From assembly GCA_013416795.1 (NCBI GenBank), contig RQSC01000015.1, forward strand, positions 43,696 to 107,695: a DNA stretch of 64,000 nucleotides. Reading direction: 5' to 3'. The stretch is from Prasinococcaceae sp. CCMP 1430. Taxonomy: Eukaryota; Plantae; Prasinodermophyta. Positions within the stretch are counted from its first letter, which is position 1. Each line of letters starts with the position of its first letter. The notes beneath the pieces are model-generated. The model saw nothing but the letters and a program-made list of their open reading frames with translations, ran no database searches and had not been told where the DNA came from. A program made the translations under genes and the position numbers. Below are positions 62,798-64,000 of the stretch, one piece after another.

Positions 62798-63280
62798 GCG
62801 GCTGATGAGGCGAGGGCTGGGAAGCGGGATTGTAAAAACTTGAGTGATGGGATGCCCTGCTCGAGCGCGCTGCAGAGCACACCTCCGCGCTTGCCACTCG
62901 GGCGAGGGAACGTGTTCAGTGCGGTTTTGGTTTGTTATTAGACGCCAGGTGTTCCGCTGTGCGCGCCGCGACCGCCCTGAAATTCGATCATCTTCTGCGC
63001 TTTCGCACTCGTTGCGCAGGCCAAATGCAAAGCATGTGTCGAAACGAAATCCGCGGAAGCGCGCCGGAGCACCCCCGAATTCCGGCCGAATCGGAATCGA
63101 CCACCGCACGTCGCTCGGCGCACCGTGCCACCCAACAGTCGAAAAGCGCGCAAACGCCAAACCGCCGCCCCCCCCCCGCGCGCGCCACTGCGCGCGGGGC
63201 CGGCGCGCTCTGCGGCGCAGCCGCGCCCAGTGCGCGTGGCGACCCGCGGCGGTGGCGCCGCGTGGTGAGCCCCCAGGACA

Positions 63281-64000
63281 ATGCCGCTCTATGGCTGCTA
63301 CCTGCTGCGCTCCTTGCGTGAGGACCCCGCAGCGCGTGGCAAGACATACATAGGCTTCACGGTGAACCCGCAGCGACGGCTGCGCCAGCACAACGGAGAG
63401 ATCTCGGCCGGCGCGTACAAGACGCGCAAGCTGCGCCCCGTCGAGATGCTGCTGGTTGTGCACGGCTTTCGCTCCAAGCGCGAGGCACTGCAGTTTGAGT
63501 GGGCGTGGCAGCACCCAACGCAGGCGCGCCTTGCTCGCGAAGCAACCCAGGGCCTTAAGAAGAAGGACATGGGCGCGGCCAAGGGCAAAGTGCGCATCCT
63601 CCTCGAGATGCTGTGGCTCTCACAGTGGCAGACCCACCCGCTGTTCCTGCAGTTCACGTCGCCAGCCGCTGCTGCGCTGCGTGAGGCCGGCGGGTGCCCA
63701 GTTGCGCCCCCAAACGTCACCGTATCGGTTGCGCCACTCTCCGAGCTGCCACTGCACTCCGTCTGTGAGGACGAGGAGGACGACGAGGACGAGAACGAGA
63801 GCAGCCTCTCGCAGACCTTCCGGCTCTGCAGTGAGGGTGATGAGGTCTCCAAACCTTTTGGCAGGAGCCATGTAGAGCATGAGCACGCCGGTGATGTATC
63901 AAGAAGGGGTGACACGGCCAGCGGCGGCGCTGTTGAGCGCATGCGGGCAGATACGCGGGGGGTTGAGGCGCACGACGTGGATCGGCGCGAGCTGCAGCAC
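63281..64000 (+). CDS. SLX1: SLX1-like GIY-YIG structure-specific endonuclease, 3'-partial (absent from the supplied ORF track)
   Basis: Manual translation from ATG 63281: MPLYGCYLLRS..KTYIGFTVNPQRRLRQHNGEISAGAYKTRKLRPVEMLLVVHGFRSKREALQFEWAWQHP. The frame runs off the window end. Confidence 0.92.
   Translation, partial: MPLYGCYLLRSLREDPAARGKTYIGFTVNPQRRLRQHNGEISAGAYKTRKLRPVEMLLVVHGFRSKREALQFEWAWQHPTQARLAREATQGLKKKDMGAAKGKVRILLEMLWLSQWQTHPLFLQFTSPAAAALREAGGCPVAPPNVTVSVAPLSELPLHSVCEDEEDDEDENESSLSQTFRLCSEGDEVSKPFGRSHVEHEHAGDVSRRGDTASGGAVERMRADTRGVEAHDVDRRELQH

Overview
This is 64 kb of a very GC-rich eukaryotic nuclear genome from a green alga. The evidence is a PSTALRE-type CDKB, LTD, TIC236 and a VDE-related gene; a prasinophyte-grade species is my inference. 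Most ORFs in the supplied track are artefacts of (CA)n/(TG)n microsatellites or antisense shadows, so I rebuilt gene models from splice sites. Left part (1-42.6 kb): intron-rich genes (CHY-RING E3 ligase, 6TM adenylyl cyclase, MZM1/LYRM7, WCHPC thioredoxin, CDKB, TIC236, SAM methyltransferase, VDR). Many of their introns are strand-polarised, UG-rich after the 5' splice site and CA-rich between the branch point and AG. Embedded at 10.6-26.4 kb is a co-oriented cluster of 11 intronless ankyrin-repeat gene units. These share an unannotated ~40-aa N-terminal helical module and duplicated flanks, carry shuffled repeat cassettes, and vary mainly at the positions randomised in DARPin libraries. This candidate diversifying receptor repertoire is the most interesting system in the window. 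Right part (43-64 kb): compact genes with short introns that lack long microsatellites (UBA1, tandem ACBP, LTD, cereblon, GT14/DUF266, PhyH dioxygenase, ePHD-BRCT protein, GNAT, CDC48, SLX1). Single Ns at 4451, 21110 and 32805 probably mark assembly gaps. No RNA genes, CRISPR arrays or transposase genes were recognised. All family assignments come from motif recognition by eye, not from database searches.
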